In this document: positions 21,724 to 30,367 of the stretch, one piece after another
Numbering within the stretch: position 1 is the first letter of the stretch
How the letters are laid out: every line of letters begins with the position of its first letter
Assembly (NCBI GenBank): GCA_016295795.1
Contig: JAEDKN010000002.1
Location: forward strand, 1,734 to 65,733
DNA: 64,000 nucleotides
Direction of reading: 5' to 3'
DNA from: Bacilli bacterium
Lineage (GTDB): Bacteria; Bacillota_I; Bacilli_A; RF39; UBA660
The notes under the pieces: model-generated
Told to the model about the DNA's origin: nothing
The model's database searches: none
The model's input: only the letters and a program-made list of their open reading frames with translations
Translations under genes and position numbers: made by a program

Positions 21724-23823
21724 ATGGAAGAAAAAATTTTGGAAATATTAAGAAAATCGGGTAAAGCATTATCTATAGAGGAATTGGACTCTTGTTTGGA
21801 ATTGAATACTATAGAAGAAACAAGAGAGTTTTCAGATGCCTTAAGAAAGCTTGAAGTAGAGTATAAAGTGTATCATTCAAATAAAGATCGTTATATGCTT
21901 TTAGAAGATAGTAATCTTAGAAAAGGTAGATTAAGAGTGAATAAAAAAGGATTCGGGTTTGTTGAAGTTAGAGACGAGGAAGATATATTTATCTCTGAAA
22001 CAAATATAAATAAAGCACTAAATAATGATACCGTCATAGTAGAAATTTTAAGTAAGAATAATGGTGAAAAAAGAGAGGGAAGAATTCTTAAGATTTTAGA
22101 GAGAGATTTATCCACAGTTGTTGGGGAAATTTATTTTAAAAAAAATAAGGGATATATAATTCCCGACGATAGAAAACTTGATATTCAACTTGAAGTTGAT
22201 AAGGATAAAGCAATGGGTGCAGTTGATGGACATAAGGTAGTAGCTAGAATATTGAAAAATATTACAAAAAATCGCTATAAAGGTGAAATAATAAAGATAA
22301 TTGGTCATAAAAATGATCCTGGTGTAGATATTCTTTCTATTGTTTATAAATATGAGATAAATGATTCTTTCCCTGATGAAGTAATAAAGGAATTGGATGG
22401 TATTCCAGAAGAGGTGAGCTCAAAAGAGAAAATTGGACGAAAGGATTTAACTAATGAAGTAATATTTACAATAGATGGGGATGACACTAAAGATATAGAT
22501 GATGCTATCTCTATTGAAGTTCTTGAAAATGGTAATTACAAATTAGGTGTACATATTGCAGATGTTTCCTATTATGTAAAGGAAGGTTCAGCACTAGACA
22601 AGGAAGCTATGGATAGAGGGACTTCTGTTTATCTTGTTGATAGAGTAATTCCGATGTTTCCACATAAATTATCAAATGGTATCTGTTCTTTAAATCCTGG
22701 TGTAGAAAGACTAGCAATCTCTTGTGTTATGGAAGTAGATCAAAATGGAAAGACAGTGGATTATCAAATATTTGAAAGTGTGATAAAATCAAGAATTCAA
22801 ATGACTTATAAAAAAGTTAATCGGGTTATAGAGAAAAATGAGATTCCTGATGGATATGAACCATATGTGCAGAAATTAAAACTAATGGATGAGTTATCAA
22901 AAATTATTAGAAAGAACAAGGAAAATAGGGGATACATTGATTTTGATGTTGATGAAGCAAAAATCTTGGTAGATGAAAAGTGTCATCCAACAGATGTTAT
23001 ATTGAGATCTCGAGGAAGAGGAGAAAATATAATTGAAGATTTTATGATTCAAGCAAATGAATGTGTAGCAACGCATATATTTTATATGGACTTACCTTTT
23101 ATCTATCGTATTCACGAATATCCAAAAGAAGAAAAAATTAGAGATTTTATATCGTTTGTACAGAGTTTAGGTTATACAATCAATTTTAATTTAAAAGATA
23201 TGAGTCCAAAATCAATCCAAAAATTAATAAGTTCTTTAAAGGATAAAAAAGAATTTAAAGTTTTATCTAGCTTACTTTTACGAAATATGCAAAAGGCAAT
23301 ATATTTGCCCCAAAATTTAGGGCATTATGGATTAGCTAGTAAGTGCTATACTCATTTTACTTCACCAATCAGAAGATATCCGGATACTACTGTTCATAGA
23401 CTTCTTAGAACCTATTTGTTTAATGGGGATATATCTACGCAAACCATAAATAAATGGCAAGAAAAATTAGTATATATTGCTGAGAATTCGTCTTTTAAAG
23501 AAAGAGAATCCGTAGAATGTGAACGTGAAGTAGAAGATATGAAAATGGCCGAATATATGGAAGATCATATAGGTGAAGAATATAAAGGTATCATTTCATC
23601 TGTTACGAATTTTGGATTGTTTGTTCAACTGGATAATCTTATAGAGGGACTAGTACATGTAAATGATATGAAGGATTACTTTGTTTATGATGAAGCAACT
23701 CAGACCCTTACTGGTGAAAAAACAAAAATGAGATATACTCTAGGAGATGAGGTGCTAATAAAAGTAAAAGCAGCCTCACATGAAGCTAAAACTATAGATT
23801 TTGAAATTATAAAGAAATTGTAG
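21724..23823 (+). CDS. rnr: ribonuclease R
   Basis: RNB domain (FTIDGDDTKDIDDAIS) and C-terminal S1 domain; ATG 21724 follows AAGGTGG. Confidence 0.95.
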   Translation: MEEKILEILRKSGKALSIEELDSCLELNTIEETREFSDALRKLEVEYKVYHSNKDRYMLLEDSNLRKGRLRVNKKGFGFVEVRDEEDIFISETNINKALNNDTVIVEILSKNNGEKREGRILKILERDLSTVVGEIYFKKNKGYIIPDDRKLDIQLEVDKDKAMGAVDGHKVVARILKNITKNRYKGEIIKIIGHKNDPGVDILSIVYKYEINDSFPDEVIKELDGIPEEVSSKEKIGRKDLTNEVIFTIDGDDTKDIDDAISIEVLENGNYKLGVHIADVSYYVKEGSALDKEAMDRGTSVYLVDRVIPMFPHKLSNGICSLNPGVERLAISCVMEVDQNGKTVDYQIFESVIKSRIQMTYKKVNRVIEKNEIPDGYEPYVQKLKLMDELSKIIRKNKENRGYIDFDVDEAKILVDEKCHPTDVILRSRGRGENIIEDFMIQANECVATHIFYMDLPFIYRIHEYPKEEKIRDFISFVQSLGYTINFNLKDMSPKSIQKLISSLKDKKEFKVLSSLLLRNMQKAIYLPQNLGHYGLASKCYTHFTSPIRRYPDTTVHRLLRTYLFNGDISTQTINKWQEKLVYIAENSSFKERESVECEREVEDMKMAEYMEDHIGEEYKGIISSVTNFGLFVQLDNLIEGLVHVNDMKDYFVYDEATQTLTGEKTKMRYTLGDEVLIKVKAASHEAKTIDFEIIKKL

Positions 23824-23828
23824 GTGAT

Positions 23829-24272
23829 ATGGTGGAAATACTTAATAGGCGAGCAAAGCACGATTATTTTATAGAAGAAGAATATGAATGTGGGATAGTT
23901 TTAACTGGGACAGAAATTAAAGCTATTAGAGATGGAAAATGCAATTTGAAAGATAGTTATGCTGTTATAAGAAAAAACGAAATTTATTTACTTAATATGT
24001 TTATATCTCATTATAAGGAAGGAAATATTTTTAATCATAATGAAACAAGAACTAGAAAACTTTTAATGCATAAAAAGGAAATATTAAAACTTAGTGAGAA
24101 AATCAATTTACAAGGATTTACTTTAATTCCTCTAAAATTGTATTTCAAAAACAATAAAGCAAAGATATTATTGGGTTTATGTAAAGGAAAAAAGAATTAT
24201 GATAAAAGAGAAAGTATAAAGGAAAGGGATATACAAAGACAAATGGATAAGTCTAGTAAGATCAGATACTGA
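23829..24272 (+). CDS. smpB: SsrA-binding protein SmpB
   Basis: SmpB translation, directly upstream of the tmRNA gene. Confidence 0.96.
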   Translation: MVEILNRRAKHDYFIEEEYECGIVLTGTEIKAIRDGKCNLKDSYAVIRKNEIYLLNMFISHYKEGNIFNHNETRTRKLLMHKKEILKLSEKINLQGFTLIPLKLYFKNNKAKILLGLCKGKKNYDKRESIKERDIQRQMDKSSKIRY

Positions 24273-24281
24273 GCAATTTTA

Positions 24282-24310
24282 TTGAAAAAAAGCATAAATT
24301 ATGATATAAT
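24282..24310 (+). promoter_or_regulatory. ssrA promoter
   Basis: TTGAAA (24282-24287), 17 nt, TATAAT (24305-24310), 9 nt before the GGGGCCGA 5' end. Confidence 0.65.
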
Positions 24311-24319
24311 CTAGTTCAT

Positions 24320-24700
24320 GGGGCCGACTAGGTTTCGACAGGAAGGATTGAATTTAGATAGCAAGTAGGAAGCAAACCTTAAATTGCATCAGTTAAATAT
24401 AACTGGAAACAAAATTAAAGATGCATTCGCTTCAATGTTTAATAAAAACGCTGTAGCTTTTGCCTAATTTATTAGGGAATGCGCTCTTATAAATTCTTTT
24501 CCTACGGGAATTTATTAAGGGCTGATTTTAGTAGGATATATTTCCGTTATGTCTATGAATGGAAATGAATTTTTATAGACTAGTTATATAATTGGTTGTT
24601 AATTACTTGTTATATAATGAATTTTATTAATTAACTAAACTTGTAGAAGTCTATCTGTCACCCTTTTTGGACGGGAGTTCGATTCTCCCCGGCTCCACCA
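24320..24700 (+). ncRNA. ssrA: tmRNA (SsrA)
   Basis: 5' GGGGCCGACUAGGUUUCGACAGG..., 3' GGACGGGAGUUCGAUUCUCCCCGGCUCCACCA (T-arm, acceptor, CCA); internal tag frame 24405-24467 reading GNKIKDAFASMFNKNAVAFA-stop. Confidence 0.93.
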
Positions 24701-24740
24701 GTTTGATAGGAAACTCGAATTTTTCGAGATTAAAATATAA

Positions 24741-24772
24741 AATATCGGAGTAGTTTACTCCGATATTTTTTC
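24741..24772 (+). terminator. terminator after ssrA
   Basis: Perfect 12-bp stem AATATCGGAGTA/TACTCCGATATT, 3-nt loop, T-run. Confidence 0.8.
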
Positions 24773-24794
24773 TTTACGATATAATTGCGCAATA

Positions 24795-24836
24795 AAAATC
24801 AAGGGTATAAATAAATTTTGCCCTCGATTTTTTATT
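24795..24836. terminator. hairpin that likely terminates the minus-strand small ORF
   Basis: ATCAAGGG/CCCTCGAT stem (G-U pair on the minus strand) flanked by A and T runs. Confidence 0.45.
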
Positions 24837-24907
24837 AAGGTTTTCTAATTATTGTGTTAAATTAGTACGATATATTTTAGAAGACGTTAAAAGTTATACA
24901 CTAGTTG

Positions 24908-25039
24908 TTATATGCAATTTTTTGATTCGGGGCATCTGAATAGGAATAGGATTATAAATATTATTATGATTATCCAAATCCAATAATTATTATTGCCACC
25001 ACAGCAGCAACTAGGATATCCATAATTATATCCGTACAT
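24908..25039 (-). CDS. 43-aa tiny membrane protein, YjcZ-like (Gly/Tyr/Cys-rich head plus hydrophobic tail); absent from the ORF track
   Basis: MYGYNYGYPSCCCGGNNNYWIWIIIIIFIILFLFRCPESKNCI; AAAGGAGAA 8 nt upstream of the ATG; downstream hairpin. Confidence 0.55.
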   Translation of the reverse strand: MYGYNYGYPSCCCGGNNNYWIWIIIIIFIILFLFRCPESKNCI

Positions 25040-25191
25040 AAAATCATTCTCCTTTCAATATATTATATTTTTATATTTTAAAAGTGCAACGTTATAAACC
25101 TAGTGAAATAGGGCTTTTATCACAATGCTATCTTTATTATTTATCGAATATAAAAAATATAAACAAATATAATTAATTGGAGGATTATATA

Positions 25192-25968
25192 ATGATTTAT
25201 AATGGTATAGAGAACTTTAAAATATATTTTCCTGTTTCAACACAGAGTATAGAAGAAATAAAACTTATAATGGATTCTAATAAATTCGATGGTCTTTGTT
25301 TGTCAGTAAATGCTTTAAATAATCAATTATTTATTCAAAAGCCAAATTGGTATAGATGGAATGAAGTTGCTGATTTAACATATAGTGTTGACAAAAGCAA
25401 TCTGAATGATTTTTTAAAAAAGGTTAATAGTCTAAAGAAAAGATTTACAATAATACTTGCGATAGAAAATGTTTTTGACAAAGTAGATGATGATCTGTTG
25501 TTGCTATTTGATTTTTTAAATGATTCAGGAATCTTTAACTTTGATTATATTATAAATAACTGTTTTTATAAAAGGGAAAATACTAATTCAAAAAAACTGC
25601 TTTATATTTTAAAAAGTTTTAGTCAAGTTGATATAGCTTATACAGAAAGTTGCAATTATGAGTTTAGAAGTATGAGAGAGTTTAAATATTCAATATTTAA
25701 TTCTAATACTTATCTTTCGAATATGATATATGAGATAAATAATGATAAAAAGATAATTTTCCCTTGTATAAATAGGCTGGATAGTATAAAGCTTAATAAT
25801 TTGATTAATTCTGATTTTGAAAGCCAATTTGCTCTTTTAAAAAGGGTAACAAATTGGAGTGATCAAAGTATAGAAAATTATTTGAATTATCCATACAAAT
25901 CTTATAAAAAAGCAGACATTTCGCTGATAAGCGAAAATCCGGAAAGTATCGTTTTGAAGAAAAGATAG
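25192..25968 (+). CDS. hypothetical protein (258 aa from ATG 25192), no recognisable family, contains no histidine
   Basis: Long ORF with GGAGG RBS; first gene of the post-ssrA block. Confidence 0.55.
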   Translation: MIYNGIENFKIYFPVSTQSIEEIKLIMDSNKFDGLCLSVNALNNQLFIQKPNWYRWNEVADLTYSVDKSNLNDFLKKVNSLKKRFTIILAIENVFDKVDDDLLLLFDFLNDSGIFNFDYIINNCFYKRENTNSKKLLYILKSFSQVDIAYTESCNYEFRSMREFKYSIFNSNTYLSNMIYEINNDKKIIFPCINRLDSIKLNNLINSDFESQFALLKRVTNWSDQSIENYLNYPYKSYKKADISLISENPESIVLKKR

Positions 25969-26077
25969 TTGGATTAGAAAAAAATACATATTATAAATAT
26001 CAATTAATGATGTTGATTATAATTATTTCAATATCTTTTTATTTGATGTATAATATAACTATATAAAGAGGTAAGGA

Positions 26078-26647
26078 GTGATTTTTATAAAACCGCTTGA
26101 AATATTGGATAGGGCTTGTTTTTTAACCATGAAGAAATCTTATGACGATTGTTTTAAAACTAATAATACTGTTTCAAATGATGAGAGTATGGAGTACGCA
26201 ATAGATAATACTGCAAAGGCATTAGAAGAAGTTGTTTTACATAAAAACTATAATTATTTTTCAAGAACTGAAAATGTAAGAGAAGATTTGATAAATTGTG
26301 GAACGAATAAAATAAAAGCAGAATTATTAAAAAATGTGGTTAAAACTTATTCATATTATAGAAAGAATAAAATGCTTAACGAAGATTATTTAAATTATGA
26401 TTTTAGCAAGGCACTATCATATGAAGAAACGATTTCGGTTGTCTACTTAAATATGGTAAAGTATGGAATAGGCAAGATTCAATCTGTGTTAAATGATGAG
26501 ACTGTTGTAAAAAATTTAGCGAAGTCATTTGTGATAGAGAGAATAAAATATGATAGGAAGTTAGAATTGGAAGACTCTTTAGATGATGCTGGAAAGTTTT
26601 TAATTAATGCTATAGAAAGTTATTATTTGAAGACGAGGGAGGTTTAA
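26078..26647 (+). CDS. hypothetical protein (189 aa), no recognisable family
   Basis: ORF with GAGG RBS; stop lies 1 nt before the next start. Confidence 0.5.
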   Translation: MIFIKPLEILDRACFLTMKKSYDDCFKTNNTVSNDESMEYAIDNTAKALEEVVLHKNYNYFSRTENVREDLINCGTNKIKAELLKNVVKTYSYYRKNKMLNEDYLNYDFSKALSYEETISVVYLNMVKYGIGKIQSVLNDETVVKNLAKSFVIERIKYDRKLELEDSLDDAGKFLINAIESYYLKTREV

Positions 26648-26648
26648 T

Positions 26649-27995
26649 ATGATAAGTTTAAGAGAAAAATATTCAACGTTTGTATTTAAAAAATTTACTG
26701 TTATAGAGGATGAAAAAAGAATAAATATTAAATATGAATATGCAATTTCTGAGTATGTTTTTACACCTATGGTTTCAATTGAAAAAAGCAATATAACAAA
26801 CGAGCATATTAATAAAGATTTTTTAAATTACTTGTTCTTTAATTTTGGAATTATTAATGCTATAAATTATTATAAATTAACATGTGCAAAGAAATTTGTT
26901 ATAGAATGTGGATATCTTAATGATGATCAAAAATCTTTTTTTAAGAAATTATTTTATAATGGATTGGGTGAATTATTATATAAAAATAATCTGAATATTC
27001 CGTATGAAGAATTTGTTGAAATAATAACAACTAATAAAATGTATAACTTTGATATTAAGGACGAATTTAGTGGGAATTTAATTCCTGTTGGTGGAGGAAA
27101 AGATTCTATTGTTACACTCGAGTTATTAAAGTCTGAAAAACAGAAAAACAAGTGTTTTTTATATAAAAGAAATATTTATCCTGACGACTTAGCAAGTTTA
27201 AATACAATTTATACTGCTGGCTATACTAAAGATGATATTTTGTCTTTTAATGTAACTTTGGATCCACTTATGTTAGATTTAAATAAAGAAGGCTTTTATA
27301 ATGGACATGTTCCCTTTTCTTCTTGTTTAGCATTTGCTGCATATATAATGGCATATCTAAACAATAAAAAATATATTGTTTTATCAAATGAGGCTAGTGC
27401 AAATGAAGGAAATGTTAAAGATACCAATATAAATCATCAATATTCAAAAAGTTTTGAGTTTGAAAAAGATTTTAGAAATTATACTTTTAAGTATTTTACT
27501 CCATATATAGAGTACTTTAGTTTACTTAGATGCTGGAACGAATTTCAAATTATAAAAAGATTTTTGAAAGAACCAAAATATTTAGATGTGTTTAGGAGCT
27601 GTAATCTTGGAAGTAAAACAAATACTTGGTGCGGAGATTGTTCAAAATGTTTGTATGTTTTTATAATGTTATATCCGTTTGTAGATAGAGAAAAATTGAT
27701 TCAAATATTTCATCATGATATGCTAGATGATGAAAAATATAAAGACACATTATTAGCTCTTATAAGTCAAGATTTTGATAAACCATTTGAATGCGTAGGA
27801 ACAAAAGAAGAAATAGATTATGCTTTAAAATTATCTATAGAGAAATATTCTGAGTTGCCCTTGTTACTAAAATATTATAAAGAAAATTTCTATGATTCAA
27901 GCAAGCAATATGATGTTGATAATTACTTTAACAACAACAACTTTATAAATGATAAATTTCTAAAAATGATGGGATATGATAAAGATGAAAGATAA
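26649..27995 (+). CDS. PP-loop (adenine nucleotide alpha-hydrolase) superfamily protein with a QueC-like Cys cluster; candidate MurL-type UDP-MurNAc-L-Ala-L-Glu epimerase
   Basis: GGGKDS at 27090-27107 (SGGxDS-type PP-loop); SC-x9-CGDCSKC at about 27600-27650; 20-nt overlap with the downstream MurD-like gene. Confidence 0.6.
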   Translation: MISLREKYSTFVFKKFTVIEDEKRINIKYEYAISEYVFTPMVSIEKSNITNEHINKDFLNYLFFNFGIINAINYYKLTCAKKFVIECGYLNDDQKSFFKKLFYNGLGELLYKNNLNIPYEEFVEIITTNKMYNFDIKDEFSGNLIPVGGGKDSIVTLELLKSEKQKNKCFLYKRNIYPDDLASLNTIYTAGYTKDDILSFNVTLDPLMLDLNKEGFYNGHVPFSSCLAFAAYIMAYLNNKKYIVLSNEASANEGNVKDTNINHQYSKSFEFEKDFRNYTFKYFTPYIEYFSLLRCWNEFQIIKRFLKEPKYLDVFRSCNLGSKTNTWCGDCSKCLYVFIMLYPFVDREKLIQIFHHDMLDDEKYKDTLLALISQDFDKPFECVGTKEEIDYALKLSIEKYSELPLLLKYYKENFYDSSKQYDVDNYFNNNNFINDKFLKMMGYDKDER

Positions 27996-29295
27996 AATTA
28001 TTAAATTTTTGACTGGTAAAAAAATATTGATATTAGGATTTGGCCGAGAGGGGAAATCTGCATATAAATTTATAAAAGAAAACAATATAAAATATTCTTC
28101 ACTTGGAATAGCTGATAAAAACGAAATAACTATAGACGAAAATATAAAATTGCATATAGGAGAGGATTATTTAAATTCGACAAAAGAATATGATTTGGTA
28201 ATAAAATCGCCAGGAATAATAATAAAAGATTATATAGATGACATAGAAAAAGAAAAAATAACTTCGTTGACTGACATATTCTTAATGTTTTGTGAAAATA
28301 AGATAGTTGGAATAACGGGAACTAAAGGTAAAAGCACTACTTCTTCGCTTATATATCATATTTTGAAGGATAATAATTATGATGCTCTTTTAATTGGAAA
28401 TATTGGGGTTCCTTGTTTTGATGTTATAGATAAAATTAACAAGGATACTATATTAGTTTATGAGCTTTCGTGTCATCAATTGGAATATGTTAAGGCAAGT
28501 CCTAGTATTTCTGTATTATTAAATATATATGAAGAACATTTAGACCATTATAATGGTATTGAATCTTATGTACAGTGTAAGAAAAACATATATAAATATC
28601 AAAATAATGATGATTATCTTATATATGGAGATATTTGGAAATATATAACAAAAGAAGAAATAGAATCTGTGAAATCTAATAAAATATGTATAGATGATAA
28701 TCCATTAAATATCGACTATTCTAAAATTGAGACTTCCCTTATAGGGGATCATAATAAAAAAAATATAATTACGGCTATTATAGTTACAAATATTTTAGGA
28801 GTTAATGTAAATGAAGCGTTAAGATCTGTCAAAAGTTTTAAAGGGTTGGAGCATCGATTAGAATATGTTGGGGAGTATAATAATATAAAATTTTATAACG
28901 ATTCTATCGCAACGGCTCAAGAGGCAGTGATAAATGCAGTAAAGAGTTTGAAAAATGTAGACACCATTATATTGGGTGGAATGGATAGAGGTATTGATTA
29001 TACTTTGCTGGTTAAATTTTTATCAACAAGTTCTGTTGAAAACATAATTTTGTTGCCAAATACGAATATAAGAATTCAAAATTTATTTAGAAACTATACA
29101 ACAAATAAACACATTTTGAGTGTAAATAATATGGAAGAGGCAGTAAAAATGTCGTATGAGGTCACAAAAGATAACAAAATATGTCTATTGTCACCTGCTG
29201 CTGCTAGTTATGGATTTTATCTTAACTTTGAAAAAAGAGGAGAACATTTTAAACAATTAGTAAGAGATTATGGAAATAATAATGGAAAAAAATAA
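27976..29295 (+). CDS. MurD-family UDP-N-acetylmuramoyl-L-alanine:glutamate ligase paralogue (MurD2-like)
   Basis: ILILGFGREG Rossmann start, GITGTKGKSTT P-loop, GDHNKKN, GLEHRLE, SPAAASYGF...FEKRGEHF; NDSIATA replaces the canonical NDSKATN. Confidence 0.8.
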   Translation: MIKMKDKIIKFLTGKKILILGFGREGKSAYKFIKENNIKYSSLGIADKNEITIDENIKLHIGEDYLNSTKEYDLVIKSPGIIIKDYIDDIEKEKITSLTDIFLMFCENKIVGITGTKGKSTTSSLIYHILKDNNYDALLIGNIGVPCFDVIDKINKDTILVYELSCHQLEYVKASPSISVLLNIYEEHLDHYNGIESYVQCKKNIYKYQNNDDYLIYGDIWKYITKEEIESVKSNKICIDDNPLNIDYSKIETSLIGDHNKKNIITAIIVTNILGVNVNEALRSVKSFKGLEHRLEYVGEYNNIKFYNDSIATAQEAVINAVKSLKNVDTIILGGMDRGIDYTLLVKFLSTSSVENIILLPNTNIRIQNLFRNYTTNKHILSVNNMEEAVKMSYEVTKDNKICLLSPAAASYGFYLNFEKRGEHFKQLVRDYGNNNGKK

Positions 29296-29335
29296 AAAGA
29301 TATGATATTATAGAAAAAGAATAGAGGGAATAATT

Positions 29336-29509
29336 ATGATAGAATTCTTTAGGGATACCTTGTCAGGGGTATATTACTATATATATGTTGTGATTAATTT
29401 AATATTTATTTTTGCTTTAATTGGATATATTGGCGAAAAAAAAGAAAAAGGGCTTTCTAAAACAGAAATAGATAAGGATGCACAACAGAATATTGTTAAC
29501 AATGAATAA
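29336..29509 (+). CDS. 57-aa small membrane protein (below the ORF-track cutoff)
   Basis: MIEFFRDTLSGVYYYIYVVINLIFIFALIGYIGEKKEK...; AGAGGGA RBS. Confidence 0.4.
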   Translation: MIEFFRDTLSGVYYYIYVVINLIFIFALIGYIGEKKEKGLSKTEIDKDAQQNIVNNE

Positions 29510-29548
29510 TTATTAATCTATAATTTTATTATAAAATGGAGGAAGAAT

Positions 29549-30367
29549 ATGAGCATAACTTTAGAAAGTGTAATCTCAATAATTAATAAAACAGTAGACA
29601 TTTTACTGGTATGGTTAGTTTTTTATTACATATTAAAAAGTATTAAAAACAGTGTAAAGTTGACATTGATTTTTAAAGGTGTAATTATAATAATAATATT
29701 AAAAATAGTAAGTGATGTTTTTAATTTTGTAACTATGGGTGTGCTGTTAGAATATATAATTATGTGGGGGCCATTGGCATTAATAATAGTATTTCAACCA
29801 GAAATTAGGACAGTATTAGAACAACTAGGAAGAAGCCAATTGTTAGGAAGGCATAAGGTTTTGACTGTAGATGAACGAGAGAGATTAGTATATGAGATAA
29901 TTCAATCTATGGAATATCTAAGGAAAATGAAGATTGGGGCTTTAATAGTTATAGAACGAGATGTTAGTCTACGGGATTATATTGAGAAGGCCAAGAAGAT
30001 TTATGGTGATATTTCAAGTGAGTTGTTAATATCGTTATTTTTCCCTAATAATCCATTGCATGATGGCGGGGTTATTATTCAAGGAGACAAGATAAGCTGT
30101 GCTGGCGCTGTTTTCCCTACAAGTAATAATCCTAAGACGAATAAACATTTAGGAACTAGGCATAGAGCTGCATTGGGTATTGCAGAGGAAACTGATTGTA
30201 TAGCATTAGTTGTATCGGAAGAAACAGGAAGATTATCAATAGCGGTAAAAGGAGAACTTTTCTATAATCTTACTATAGATGATATTAGGATGATGCTTAT
30301 AGACGAACTTAGACCAAAACAAGATATTGATGAAGAAGAGGAAGAAATATATGAAGAAAACAAATAA
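29549..30367 (+). CDS. cdaA: diadenylate cyclase CdaA (c-di-AMP synthase)
   Basis: Three N-terminal TM helices and DAC domain: HDGGVII, GTRHRAALGIAEETDCIALVVSEETG. Confidence 0.93.
   Translation: MSITLESVISIINKTVDILLVWLVFYYILKSIKNSVKLTLIFKGVIIIIILKIVSDVFNFVTMGVLLEYIIMWGPLALIIVFQPEIRTVLEQLGRSQLLGRHKVLTVDERERLVYEIIQSMEYLRKMKIGALIVIERDVSLRDYIEKAKKIYGDISSELLISLFFPNNPLHDGGVIIQGDKISCAGAVFPTSNNPKTNKHLGTRHRAALGIAEETDCIALVVSEETGRLSIAVKGELFYNLTIDDIRMMLIDELRPKQDIDEEEEEIYEENK

Noticed and set aside
25192-27995. QatC-like (QueC-like) defence system with a TatD- or PHP-type nuclease partner.
   Set aside because: The 258-aa protein has no histidine at all, so it cannot be a TatD or PHP metal hydrolase. 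No ATPase partner is present. The PP-loop gene is coupled to an unmistakable MurD-type ligase, which points to cell-wall chemistry.
24701-29300. Genomic island integrated into the tmRNA gene.
   Set aside because: No integrase is present and I could find no direct repeat of the ssrA 3' end downstream. The block may be accessory, but it is not a classical ssrA-targeted island.
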